Shown one piece after another: positions 17,155 through 26,218 of a stretch of 64,000 bases of DNA. The position numbers and the translations under genes are program-made. The notes beneath the pieces were generated by a model. The model was not told the DNA's origin and did no database searches. It was given only the letters and a program-made list of their open reading frames with translations. The stretch comes from a virus: the IMG/VR virus record IMGVR_UViG_3300026484_000436, positions 1 to 64,000 of that record. One strand, given 5' to 3'. The first letter of the stretch is position 1. Every line of letters begins with the position of its first letter.

Positions 17155-19224
17155 TTAAACTAATTTTTCTGCTAAACTTTTTTTCTTAGTTTTTTCCTGT
17201 TTTGAAATCTGCAAATCATAACCCATAGTTTCATATAAACTTTGTGATTTTTCAGATTCGATATTTTCCAAAACCTGTTTAACCTTGTTTATATCATCAA
17301 ATTTATTTAAAGTTTCTGAAATAATTTTTTTATCAAGTTTGTATAAACTCTCAAGATATTTTAATTTATATTCATTAACTTCATTTGATAAATTGACATT
17401 TGATTCTTCAAGTGTTTCAAGAATTTTATTTTCTTTTTCTAATTTTTCATTTAAGTTATTTAAACGACTTGTTTTTTCATTTTCAAATAAATTTATCATT
17501 TCTTCATTTTTATTTAATTTTTCTTGAAGATTTTTTATAGTATCATCACTTTTTTCAATTTTTAATTTAAGTGAATTATTTTCATTTATTAAAATTTCAT
17601 TTTTAGTATTTAATTTTTCTTCAATCTCACTCAATTTTTGATTATGTTCTTTTTCAAAATTTGCTTCAATCGACTTTATTTCTTCATAAAGTTTTTTTGA
17701 AACCTCACTCTCAATAATCTTTGATTGTGTTTCTTTAAGTGTTATAATGTTATTTTTTAATGATTGGTTTAAATCTTCAATCTCACTAATTTTTTGATTT
17801 AACTTTTCATTTTTCATTATTATTTCATTATTTGAAGTATTTAATTTTTCATTACTTGTTTTTAGTGTTTTAACACTCCTTTCAAGTAATTTATTTTTTT
17901 CTTCAATAGTTTTTAATAACTCATTTTTTTCTTCAACTTCTGAAATAAAATTTTGTTTTAATAAATTAAAAGATTCTAAAATTTTATTTTTTTCATTTTC
18001 TGTTTCTATAAGTTTTTTACCCAAATCTTTAATAATATCATTAAACGATTCTTCAAGATTTTTTAATGCTTCATTTGATTTTTCTTTTTCTTGTTTTAAG
18101 ATTAAATTTGAAGATTTATCTAATAAATTATCAAAATCTGATTTTTTAACTTCTTCAGAATTTTGTTTAATAATTTCAATTATTTTTTTCGCCTCTAATA
18201 AAAATTCATCATTAGTTAAAACTTCTTCTAAATCGTTAAGGTCATCGACAGTCAATTCTTCATTATCTGTATTGATGAATTTTAACATTTTTTCAATAAC
18301 TTCTTCTTTTTCTTTTATTAAATTATTGTCCTTAACATATTTTTCAATTATTGAGTTTAAAAATTTTAATAAAGTTTCATTTGGCAAATTTTCATAGTTA
18401 TTTTTTTCAGGAGAATCATCTTCTTTATCATCTTTATCTTCTTTTTTAAGAACCTCATCTTGAAGTTTGTCATTTTCTTCACTTAAATTTTTAACAATCT
18501 TTTTATATTTTTCAAGTTCCTCTGCCATTTTTTTATGAAGTTCGATACCTTCAATTAAAGTACAAACACCATCTTCACATAAATGAATTTTACTTCCTTT
18601 AAGTTTTTTGATGTCTTCGTTATTTTCTTCTTCAAGTTTTTCAATAAGTTTAACATCTACATCAGCAATGCCAGGTTTAATAACGAAGTCAATACTTTCT
18701 AATTTGAATGTTTTTGGGTTGATAACTTGATATCTTTTTCCATCGATTTCTTTTGCTTCATTGACAAATTCTCCGAAACCTCTTGTAGAAACCTTCATTT
18801 TGCTTCCAGCACTTAAAACAGTTTTTAAAATTCTACCTGCGGGTGTGTCAAGAATTTCATATTTAGCATATCCGTAACCATCCTTCCCCAATTTTAAATC
18901 AGTTACAATATGTGAAACTTTCCCATCTTGTAATAATTCGTCAAGAGTATAATTTTCAGGATGCCCAATACACCCAAACATTAACCTATCTTTAAGCATT
19001 TCTTTAACTTCATTATCCGATAAGGCATTTTCCCATAATTGTCTTGGGTAAAATCTACCATTCCTACTAATACCATCTAAAACAAATGATTTACCTTCAA
19101 CCACACCAAGCACTTCAAATTTGCTTGATGATGAAGGACTATATCCTTCATCTATTTTATTTTGGTATTCTTCAACAGTGTAAAATTTATTATCAGATAC
19201 AATTTCATCAATAATTTTAATCAT
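17155..19224 (-). CDS. gp21: prohead protease (gp21-like) fused to a ~490-aa coiled-coil scaffold
   Basis: SRNGRFYP, GCIGHP (His), VSHIV, ILDTPAGRILK, VSTRGFG (Ser), IDFVIKPG. Confidence 0.9.
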   Translation of the reverse strand: MIKIIDEIVSDNKFYTVEEYQNKIDEGYSPSSSSKFEVLGVVEGKSFVLDGISRNGRFYPRQLWENALSDNEVKEMLKDRLMFGCIGHPENYTLDELLQDGKVSHIVTDLKLGKDGYGYAKYEILDTPAGRILKTVLSAGSKMKVSTRGFGEFVNEAKEIDGKRYQVINPKTFKLESIDFVIKPGIADVDVKLIEKLEEENNEDIKKLKGSKIHLCEDGVCTLIEGIELHKKMAEELEKYKKIVKNLSEENDKLQDEVLKKEDKDDKEDDSPEKNNYENLPNETLLKFLNSIIEKYVKDNNLIKEKEEVIEKMLKFINTDNEELTVDDLNDLEEVLTNDEFLLEAKKIIEIIKQNSEEVKKSDFDNLLDKSSNLILKQEKEKSNEALKNLEESFNDIIKDLGKKLIETENEKNKILESFNLLKQNFISEVEEKNELLKTIEEKNKLLERSVKTLKTSNEKLNTSNNEIIMKNEKLNQKISEIEDLNQSLKNNIITLKETQSKIIESEVSKKLYEEIKSIEANFEKEHNQKLSEIEEKLNTKNEILINENNSLKLKIEKSDDTIKNLQEKLNKNEEMINLFENEKTSRLNNLNEKLEKENKILETLEESNVNLSNEVNEYKLKYLESLYKLDKKIISETLNKFDDINKVKQVLENIESEKSQSLYETMGYDLQISKQEKTKKKSLAEKLV

Positions 19225-19233
19225 TTTTTACCT

Positions 19234-19710
19234 TTATTCACTAAAAAATTCAAATAATTCAATAATGATTTCTTTAGATTTGATTTCATCTTGTTTATAT
19301 AAATTATTTAACATTTCTTTTTCAATAATTTCGCTATATTTTAAAAACAATTCAAACATTTTTAAAAATTCAGCGATGTTTCTATAATCTGCTTCAAAAT
19401 AATGTAACTCAATCAGTAAATGTGTTTTTATAGAATTTAAAGCAGTTAAAACACTAATCATTTCTGAATAATTTAAAATATCTTTTTCTTTTAAAGTATT
19501 TAAAGATTCTAAAATTTTTTTCTTAAATCTTTTTTTATGAGTAGAATCGTTCCATTTTTTTAAACCATTTTTTAATTTTTCCTTATCAAAATTTTCAACT
19601 TCAATCTTTTCAAATTTTTTAGCAAGTAAAATCTTTTTGACAAACTTGGACTCATCAAGTCCAAGGACTTGATATTCAAACTCATCCGATTTATTTTTAA
19701 ATTTTAACAT
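19234..19710 (-). CDS. hypothetical protein between portal and protease
   Basis: ORF in the operon; position of T4 gp67/68 core proteins. Confidence 0.55.
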   Translation of the reverse strand: MLKFKNKSDEFEYQVLGLDESKFVKKILLAKKFEKIEVENFDKEKLKNGLKKWNDSTHKKRFKKKILESLNTLKEKDILNYSEMISVLTALNSIKTHLLIELHYFEADYRNIAEFLKMFELFLKYSEIIEKEMLNNLYKQDEIKSKEIIIELFEFFSE

Positions 19711-19713
19711 AAA

Positions 19714-21162
19714 TCACTCCCCATCCGGATCCGGATTTTCATCTACTACAAACATAGGTTCTCCAAATAATTTTTCAAAGGATTTATTATAATATTTGAC
19801 CAATGCTTTTTGATTAACTTTAACACCTAATTCTTCTGCTTCATCTGCTATATCGCCTACGAATGATTTAATTGTATCCATCATATCGATTGTCATAGAT
19901 AAGTATTCGACTTTTTCCAAATCGTTTAAATTTACAACATTTAAAAATTGAATATCAATGTGTCTTATAGAAATGTCGTGCCCTTGATTTTTCAAGTGTA
20001 TTAAAAAAAGTTGCTGTAATGAGTTTATTAACCCTGTTTGAAATGTTTTTAATTTTTTTGAATATCTTACACTATTTTGTATTATGTCCATTCTTCCTGC
20101 CGAGTTATTAAAAATATCTTCAGGATAACCATTCGTGGTTAAAATAACATTTCTTAAATCTTCAATTTTCGTAAATAAATCTTCTAAGTCTTCATAAACA
20201 CCATATTCTTGTTTTTCAAGTTGTCCTTTGTCTCCCCAACTTGGAACAACCTTAACATTATTTGTATTTTCAAGAATGCTGTTTAAGGTATCTTTTATAT
20301 TTTCAAAATCAAATTCAACTTTATTGAGTGATTTATTTACTAATTTTTCATAACTTTTTGCGATGTTTATTGCTTCTTCAGGGCTTACAGCATCTGGTAT
20401 AGTTACACCCAATACATTCTGTTTAGTTGCCTTTTTAAGGAGATTTATATAAACTAATCCTTCTAATAAATATAAAGTTCTTAATAATTCGATGACAGGA
20501 TTTAAAATTCCTTGACCTGTTTTAAAATAAACTGCTTCCTCATCGTTTAAATCGACTTTTACTTTCTTTCTTGAGGTTGAAAATCCAAAAAATACATATT
20601 TATAGGCGGGTTCTTTATAAATTTTATTATCTTTTATAACATTATAATATAAAACTTGATTATCTCTCCATATTGGTATGATTTTAGTTGGGTCTGTATC
20701 ATCGTGTATATTTATAATACCTTTTAATACTTTATCACTATCTATCGTTTCAACATCAAGTCTAAGATAATGAGAACCAAATGCCAAAATATCAGGTGCA
20801 ATATCTATTAAAAGTTTTTCGATATTAAAATTTTTTTTAAAAAGATTCGCTTCTTTTGTGGCAACTTCATTGACAGTATCATCTTCATTTTTTATAGTAA
20901 CCTTAAAAATTTCATTTTCACTTCCTACGGGATTAAGAGCATCATCTATAATCCTATTTATCATCATTTGTGAAAGGTAAAAATCTTTCAATTCTGTAAG
21001 AAGTTTATGTGTCTTAACTAAATCATCTCTTGTAGATAATAATGCTAAATTTACTTTTTTTTGTGAATCAGTTTCATTACTAACATAATTACCAACTGCG
21101 GGGTCTTTTTGTGTATTCATCCAAAAGAATAATTTTTGGGTCGCTTTATTCCACATACTCAT
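19714..21162 (-). CDS. gp20: portal protein (gp20-like)
   Basis: follows the terminase; 482 aa; GQGILNPV..LRTLYLLE, IEDLRNVILTTNGYP, VRYSKKLKTFQ portal pattern. Confidence 0.8.
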   Translation of the reverse strand: MSMWNKATQKLFFWMNTQKDPAVGNYVSNETDSQKKVNLALLSTRDDLVKTHKLLTELKDFYLSQMMINRIIDDALNPVGSENEIFKVTIKNEDDTVNEVATKEANLFKKNFNIEKLLIDIAPDILAFGSHYLRLDVETIDSDKVLKGIINIHDDTDPTKIIPIWRDNQVLYYNVIKDNKIYKEPAYKYVFFGFSTSRKKVKVDLNDEEAVYFKTGQGILNPVIELLRTLYLLEGLVYINLLKKATKQNVLGVTIPDAVSPEEAINIAKSYEKLVNKSLNKVEFDFENIKDTLNSILENTNNVKVVPSWGDKGQLEKQEYGVYEDLEDLFTKIEDLRNVILTTNGYPEDIFNNSAGRMDIIQNSVRYSKKLKTFQTGLINSLQQLFLIHLKNQGHDISIRHIDIQFLNVVNLNDLEKVEYLSMTIDMMDTIKSFVGDIADEAEELGVKVNQKALVKYYNKSFEKLFGEPMFVVDENPDPDGE

Positions 21163-21192
21163 TTTTCTGCTCCTGTTTTATATTTATTTAAT

Positions 21193-23205
21193 TTAATTTT
21201 TAATATAATCAACTACATAACCTCCCCTTGAAGTAACCCAGTCGTATAAGTCATCACCTGAACTAACACCTGAATTGATTTTTAATTCTTTAATGAAGTT
21301 ATCATCTTCAAATTTTTCATATTTAATTTGATTAAAGGAATAAATGGCATTGGCAATGGGGTCTGTTAAATCTTTTGAAACATTCAAATCTCTTTCTTTT
21401 AAAACAGGCACATTACTTTTAACACCCTCAAGGTGGTCTATTTTTTTCTCATTTTCGATTAAACAACTAATTTCTTCTTTTAAAATCATATTATTAGGAA
21501 GTTTTATCCTTCCTTCTTCAATCGCATACTTAAAGGCATAATAAGGTTTTTTGTTTTTATCAACCGAAGATTCTTTAATGTTAAAACCATCTTGCTCTAA
21601 AATTTGAATAGTATCGACAGATTGATAACCATCAGTTACTATCAATTCAATTTTAAATCCTATTTTTCTTAAATCCCTTATAAGATCTCTTATTTTTTCA
21701 AGTCTAATTTTTTCGCCTGGATTATCAGGCATAAAAGCAATAACAAGATCCGCCCAATATACAAAATCCTCATAAGTCGATATTTTACCATCTCTAAACC
21801 TATCAACTTTTTTTTCAGAAACTCTGTGTAATATCGCGAAACCTAACCTATCTCTATTTAAACCAATATCTATTGCCAGAACTCTTTTTTTGTCAAGACC
21901 GAATTGTGTAAGTTTTTTAATATCAAAATAGTCTATAATTCTATCAGAAACATCACTTGAAATTTTCATATAATCTTTATCATATGTTTTTGTTAGTGAT
22001 AATGTTTTATTTATTAAACTTTTATCTTTTAAAAATGATTTTGAATTTATAGTAGGTTTACCTAAAACATCTTGGATACCTGTAATAACACTATTTTTAA
22101 ATTCTTGTAAATGTTCTATAGGAACCTTAAAAATTTTTGAAGGGTCTATCTCCACTGCTTTATTAAAATCTTCATCTGTATGTATTATAAAAGGGTCGGC
22201 ATCATAAGTTCCTATAAAAATTTGAAAAGTATCCCCAGAATAATCTATCTTGTGTTTTAAAACTTCAAACCTTGCAGGATTTACGAATTCAACACCTGAT
22301 AAATCACCTTCAAAATTTTCTTTTAATTGTTCTGTTAAAGAACCATCTGTTTGGGCAGATGAAATAATGTAATAATGGCAGGGCCAAGTATTTCCTTTTA
22401 AAAGAAACCTTGAATTGATTCTATTTATCATTTCGGTAACCAATTCCATAGAACCACCCTTAACAACTTCTTGATTTATTTCGTCAGATACTGCAGCAAT
22501 AACATCTCGACCAACTAATTGCCTTTTTCTTGAAACTGTCTTAATGTCTAAACCTTTTTGAAATAAAGTCCTTCCTGATTTATCAAAATGCTCTACAAAA
22601 AAAGGACTTTCTCTTATAATTGCCATCATCGGGTCGAAGTTTATGCTCTCTGCTGCTTCTAATGATGAATTTGTAAGCATATATATAATTTTTGTGGTAT
22701 TAGGTAAATTAAACGATGCTTGAGGATTTTTTAAATGTAAAATTCTACAAATGTCATATAACAAAGCATAAGTTGAAACCTTTGTATTGTGATGTATTTC
22801 TCCGTTGGGAGTAAGGTAATGATTTGGTCTATCTATATTTATATCATAAACAATTTCTTCATCATTGAGTTTTTCTTTTTTAATAATTTTTATATTTTCA
22901 ATTTCATTTTTTTCATTCATAACATCAATAGAATTAGCATCATTTACAGGCATTTCTTTTCCATTTGAAATAATAGTATGATTTTTAGATACTTTTAAAA
23001 TGTTACCATTCGCAAGTGTTATTTTTATAGTTGCATCTTTTTTCGTTACTAAAAAATTTATTTTACTTTTACCTGTAGGAGTTTTGATAAACATTTTTAC
23101 AGGGGACAAATGGGCATATCCATTTTTATTAAAATAATCATTATTTATATGTATGATTTGAAATTTTTGAAATAATTTTCCTATAGGAATTTTTATTTTT
23201 TTCAA
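21193..23205 (-). CDS. terL: terminase large subunit C-terminal part preceded by a 140-aa split-intein C-fragment
   Basis: intein block B (VSKNH), block F (VYDINID) and HHN/T junction; then Walker B (AAVSDEIN), IISSA, nuclease AIDIGLNRD, TDGYQS, KIDH..SKDLTD; TTG start with AAGGAG RBS. Confidence 0.92.
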   Translation of the reverse strand: MKKIKIPIGKLFQKFQIIHINNDYFNKNGYAHLSPVKMFIKTPTGKSKINFLVTKKDATIKITLANGNILKVSKNHTIISNGKEMPVNDANSIDVMNEKNEIENIKIIKKEKLNDEEIVYDINIDRPNHYLTPNGEIHHNTKVSTYALLYDICRILHLKNPQASFNLPNTTKIIYMLTNSSLEAAESINFDPMMAIIRESPFFVEHFDKSGRTLFQKGLDIKTVSRKRQLVGRDVIAAVSDEINQEVVKGGSMELVTEMINRINSRFLLKGNTWPCHYYIISSAQTDGSLTEQLKENFEGDLSGVEFVNPARFEVLKHKIDYSGDTFQIFIGTYDADPFIIHTDEDFNKAVEIDPSKIFKVPIEHLQEFKNSVITGIQDVLGKPTINSKSFLKDKSLINKTLSLTKTYDKDYMKISSDVSDRIIDYFDIKKLTQFGLDKKRVLAIDIGLNRDRLGFAILHRVSEKKVDRFRDGKISTYEDFVYWADLVIAFMPDNPGEKIRLEKIRDLIRDLRKIGFKIELIVTDGYQSVDTIQILEQDGFNIKESSVDKNKKPYYAFKYAIEEGRIKLPNNMILKEEISCLIENEKKIDHLEGVKSNVPVLKERDLNVSKDLTDPIANAIYSFNQIKYEKFEDDNFIKELKINSGVSSGDDLYDWVTSRGGYVVDYIKN
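22786..23205 (-). mobile_element. split intein C-fragment (IntC, 140 aa, +1 residue Thr)
   Basis: ends ...YLTPNGEIHHN followed by TKVST. Confidence 0.9.
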
Positions 23206-23242
23206 AAAATACTCCTTATTTTTGAAGTATTTAAATCTGCTG

Positions 23243-23878
23243 TTAAATAAATCTCCCTAATCCTCTTTTTGCTGTTCTAACCTCAATTATGGGTTTTTTA
23301 TCGATAGGATTTAATGACAATAAAGGTTTTATGAACTTTTTAAATGTTAATAAAATATCACTCATAACATTTTCATCAATTTTAGGGTTCAATAAAATTA
23401 TTGTAGTGTTAAAATTACTTCTAATTTTCATAACCCCAGGTATTCTTACAAATAGTTTATTCAAGTCTAATTTTAAAGCAACTTGTTTTTTGATTTTTTT
23501 AGCAGTTTGTTTTACAACTTCAAAAAAAGGAGTAACTTTTATTTCTAATAATTCTTCCATTTTGTCAAGAAAGTATTTTTCAACTTTTTTAATAAAAATT
23601 TCAACTTTTGAAGATTTTATTTTCCCATCAAGAAAATTCATCCATTTACCTTGTTTGAATATAATAAATTCTCCTAATTTTTTAGAATAAAATCTCATTG
23701 AAGAATTGAAAACCTCAACTTGAAATCCCCATTTTTTAAAAACTTTACTTAAAGTATCTAAAACAATTTTATAATCTTCTTCTATTTTTAATTTATCAAA
23801 TTTTAACATTTTCATAAGAGTTGTATCATCTATACCTACTTGTTTTGAAAGCATTTTCAACTCATTTAAACTAATCAT
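23243..23878 (-). CDS. hypothetical basic protein inside the fractured terL locus
   Basis: 211-aa ORF with AAGGA RBS; preceded by one copy of the 60-bp repeat. Confidence 0.65.
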   Translation of the reverse strand: MISLNELKMLSKQVGIDDTTLMKMLKFDKLKIEEDYKIVLDTLSKVFKKWGFQVEVFNSSMRFYSKKLGEFIIFKQGKWMNFLDGKIKSSKVEIFIKKVEKYFLDKMEELLEIKVTPFFEVVKQTAKKIKKQVALKLDLNKLFVRIPGVMKIRSNFNTTIILLNPKIDENVMSDILLTFKKFIKPLLSLNPIDKKPIIEVRTAKRGLGRFI

Positions 23879-23894
23879 TTTTATTCCTTAAATC

Positions 23895-23954
23895 TTTTTA
23901 TAATTATACAAAAATAATAATAAAAATTAACTTTGTAAAATTATAAAGATAGAA
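23895..23954. repeat. 60-bp direct repeat, copy 1 (contains TGTATAAT promoter on the minus strand)
   Basis: 55/60 identical to 25590-25649. Confidence 0.9.
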
Positions 23955-23955
23955 A

Positions 23956-25578
23956 TTATAAATAGTATTTATAATTCCCACAATCAAAATATATTTTGAA
24001 ACCATTCAATACCATATTTTCAATTTCTGTTAAATTTGCATCAAAATATTCTAATTTATTTTTCAATTTATGTTTTTGAAAATTTATTCTATGGTATAAT
24101 TTTTTACCTTTCCAATAAAAATAATTAGGTTTTGTTATCTCAACTTTTTTGAAAAAATTTTGATAAATGTTATTTTTAAAAACCCATCTTCTGTTACCAT
24201 AACTTATTAAATTTTCGGGGTTAAAATTTTTTATAAAATGTTTCAATAATTTTGAAAATCCACCATTAACTGTATAATTTAAAATAGTAGCAAATCGTAA
24301 TAACTCATATTCATTGTTTTTAAATCTACTTTTCCCAAAAGTCATTACTGAAACTAAATTGTCATTATAAAAAAGTCCTAATTTCACGGATGCATTAACA
24401 TTACCTTGAAGATGATTTTTTTCGAAAAATGACTTTGATGTTTTAGCATCCATTTCTTTAATTGAGCATTTTCTTGCATATATTTTTGATGCTTTTTTTA
24501 ACTTATATTTTATTTTGGATTTCCAAATTTCTTGTTTTAAATTATTATTCCATTCCAAATCTAAAATTCTAAATAAATGTATATTTTTATTCTCACACTG
24601 AATAGTTTTTTCCAAATGAATGTTTCTATTTTTTGTATTGGTACCTGAATGCCAATATATGCCATCTAATTCTATAGCAAAGTTGAACTCAGGTATAAAA
24701 ATATCCAATTCAAAAGGATAAATTGTTTTTCTGTCATTTACTAAAATTTCACCTGAATAAATTGATTTTATAAAGTCAATAATTTCTTGATGAGGTTTTG
24801 TGATTTTTAAATGTTTTTTAAATTCATCAGCACAAACAAAACTATCAACACCATATTTCTCATTCATTGTTTTTTTATAACTTTCTTGCCATTTTAATTG
24901 TCTTTCTTTGAATCTTTCTAAACCTTCATCCTTACCAAATTGAGCAATACATTTATTTTTTGAAAAGGTTGATTGTCTCTCTCCGACTTTTAAAATGGCA
25001 TCTTCTTTTGAATATCCCTTCTTAATCCAATAATCAAGTTGGGTGGGGATTAACCTCTCAACCTTTCTTGCTTTTTCGAGATGTTTTGTATTTTCTATTT
25101 TACATTGTTCTATTGCTTCTTCTTTCGTAAAACCTTGATTTATAAATTTTTCAATTCTTGCTTGTTTAGATTTTTCAATTCTTTGTTCTGTATATTTTTT
25201 ATATTCCTCATCGGTCATATTTTTTTTACAACTTAGAATTTCTGATAATTCTTCAGATGTATATTTTTCAAGTAATTTTTTATTATTTGCTGATTGTAAT
25301 TGTGAAATTTTTTCTTTTGCTTCTTCCTCAGAGTATCCTCTTTGGGTCCAAAAAATTATTTGCCATTGAGACTTTGGTGCTTTTCCAAATAAGTCTTTTT
25401 GTATTTTATTAAAAGATATTTTTGAAGAATAAAATTCAGAATTTATATTTTCATTGAACCATTTTTCAAGTTCTTTGAAAAGTTTGATTTTTATATTTTC
25501 TTTATCATTTATATAATTAAAAAAATCATTAAAATTGTTTGAATCAAAAATGAGTTTTGATTTTTTAAAAATTTTCAT
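23956..25578 (-). CDS. free-standing Hef/Vsr-like homing endonuclease with repeated N-terminal DNA-binding units and a GNAT-like C-terminal domain
   Basis: ELDIFIPEFNFAIELDGIYWH nuclease motif; W..(R/K)GYS.E(E/D)A repeats; KIYARKC..NHLQG..VMTFGKSRF..YELLRF..GGFSKLL. Confidence 0.82.
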   Translation of the reverse strand: MKIFKKSKLIFDSNNFNDFFNYINDKENIKIKLFKELEKWFNENINSEFYSSKISFNKIQKDLFGKAPKSQWQIIFWTQRGYSEEEAKEKISQLQSANNKKLLEKYTSEELSEILSCKKNMTDEEYKKYTEQRIEKSKQARIEKFINQGFTKEEAIEQCKIENTKHLEKARKVERLIPTQLDYWIKKGYSKEDAILKVGERQSTFSKNKCIAQFGKDEGLERFKERQLKWQESYKKTMNEKYGVDSFVCADEFKKHLKITKPHQEIIDFIKSIYSGEILVNDRKTIYPFELDIFIPEFNFAIELDGIYWHSGTNTKNRNIHLEKTIQCENKNIHLFRILDLEWNNNLKQEIWKSKIKYKLKKASKIYARKCSIKEMDAKTSKSFFEKNHLQGNVNASVKLGLFYNDNLVSVMTFGKSRFKNNEYELLRFATILNYTVNGGFSKLLKHFIKNFNPENLISYGNRRWVFKNNIYQNFFKKVEITKPNYFYWKGKKLYHRINFQKHKLKNKLEYFDANLTEIENMVLNGFKIYFDCGNYKYYL

Positions 25579-25589
25579 TGTTTATTCCT

Positions 25590-25649
25590 TTTTTATAATT
25601 ATACAAAGATAATGGTAAAAATTAACTTTGCAAAATTATAAAGAGAGAA
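25590..25649. repeat. 60-bp direct repeat, copy 2
   Basis: 55/60 identical to 23895-23954; sits between the TerL-N stop and the endonuclease RBS. Confidence 0.9.
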
Positions 25650-25651
25650 GA

Positions 25652-25735
25652 TTAAACGATGTATTCTTCTAAACCAAATCGTTTAATATCTTCTTCACTC
25701 ATTTCTATTTCAATTTCTTGTTCTTTTGAAAGACA
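25652..25735 (-). mobile_element. split intein N-fragment (IntN, 27 aa)
   Basis: Cys1 (TGT at 25735-25733) immediately after the Walker A Lys. Confidence 0.88.
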
Positions 25736-25972
25736 TTTACCCACACCAGTCGCACCCGACAAAATTATCATTTTGATATTTGGGTCATATTGATAGAAAG
25801 GTGTAGGAAACCATTCTTCAAGTTTGTTTTTCCAATAAGGAAAGACCTTAGTCCCTTTATTTGTTTCTTCACCTAAATAATAAGGATTTTCCAAAAACTC
25901 CTTTATAGATGGTGGAGTTTTTTCATATCCTAATTGTTTCGATGCTTTATCATAAACTTGTTTTAAAGACAT
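25652..25972 (-). CDS. terL: terminase large subunit N-terminal part (79 aa) followed by a 27-aa split-intein N-fragment
   Basis: PPSIKEFLENPYYLG..FPYW..IILSGATGVGK (Walker A) then CLSKEQEIEI (intein block A). Confidence 0.9.
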   Translation of the reverse strand: MSLKQVYDKASKQLGYEKTPPSIKEFLENPYYLGEETNKGTKVFPYWKNKLEEWFPTPFYQYDPNIKMIILSGATGVGKCLSKEQEIEIEMSEEDIKRFGLEEYIV

Positions 25973-26191
25973 TTATTGTCCTTCTGTAGATTTTCCTTCA
26001 ACTAATTCATTAGAAACACTATCTACAATTTTTCTAATTTCGTCAATGTTTATTTCTTCGTTACCATTTTTGATTGCCATTTTTAAAACTGCTTCACTTA
26101 AAATCATAACATTTACAATATCTTTTACTGATGTCTCGGGTGTGTCAATTTTTAGTTGTTCTCCTACTTCAAATACAATTTTTTTACTCAT
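25973..26191 (-). CDS. hypothetical protein translationally adjacent to terL-N
   Basis: AAGGA RBS; stop abuts the terL-N ATG. Confidence 0.6.
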   Translation of the reverse strand: MSKKIVFEVGEQLKIDTPETSVKDIVNVMILSEAVLKMAIKNGNEEINIDEIRKIVDSVSNELVEGKSTEGQ

Positions 26192-26218
26192 TTTAATCCT
26201 TTGTGTTTATTTTTTATA

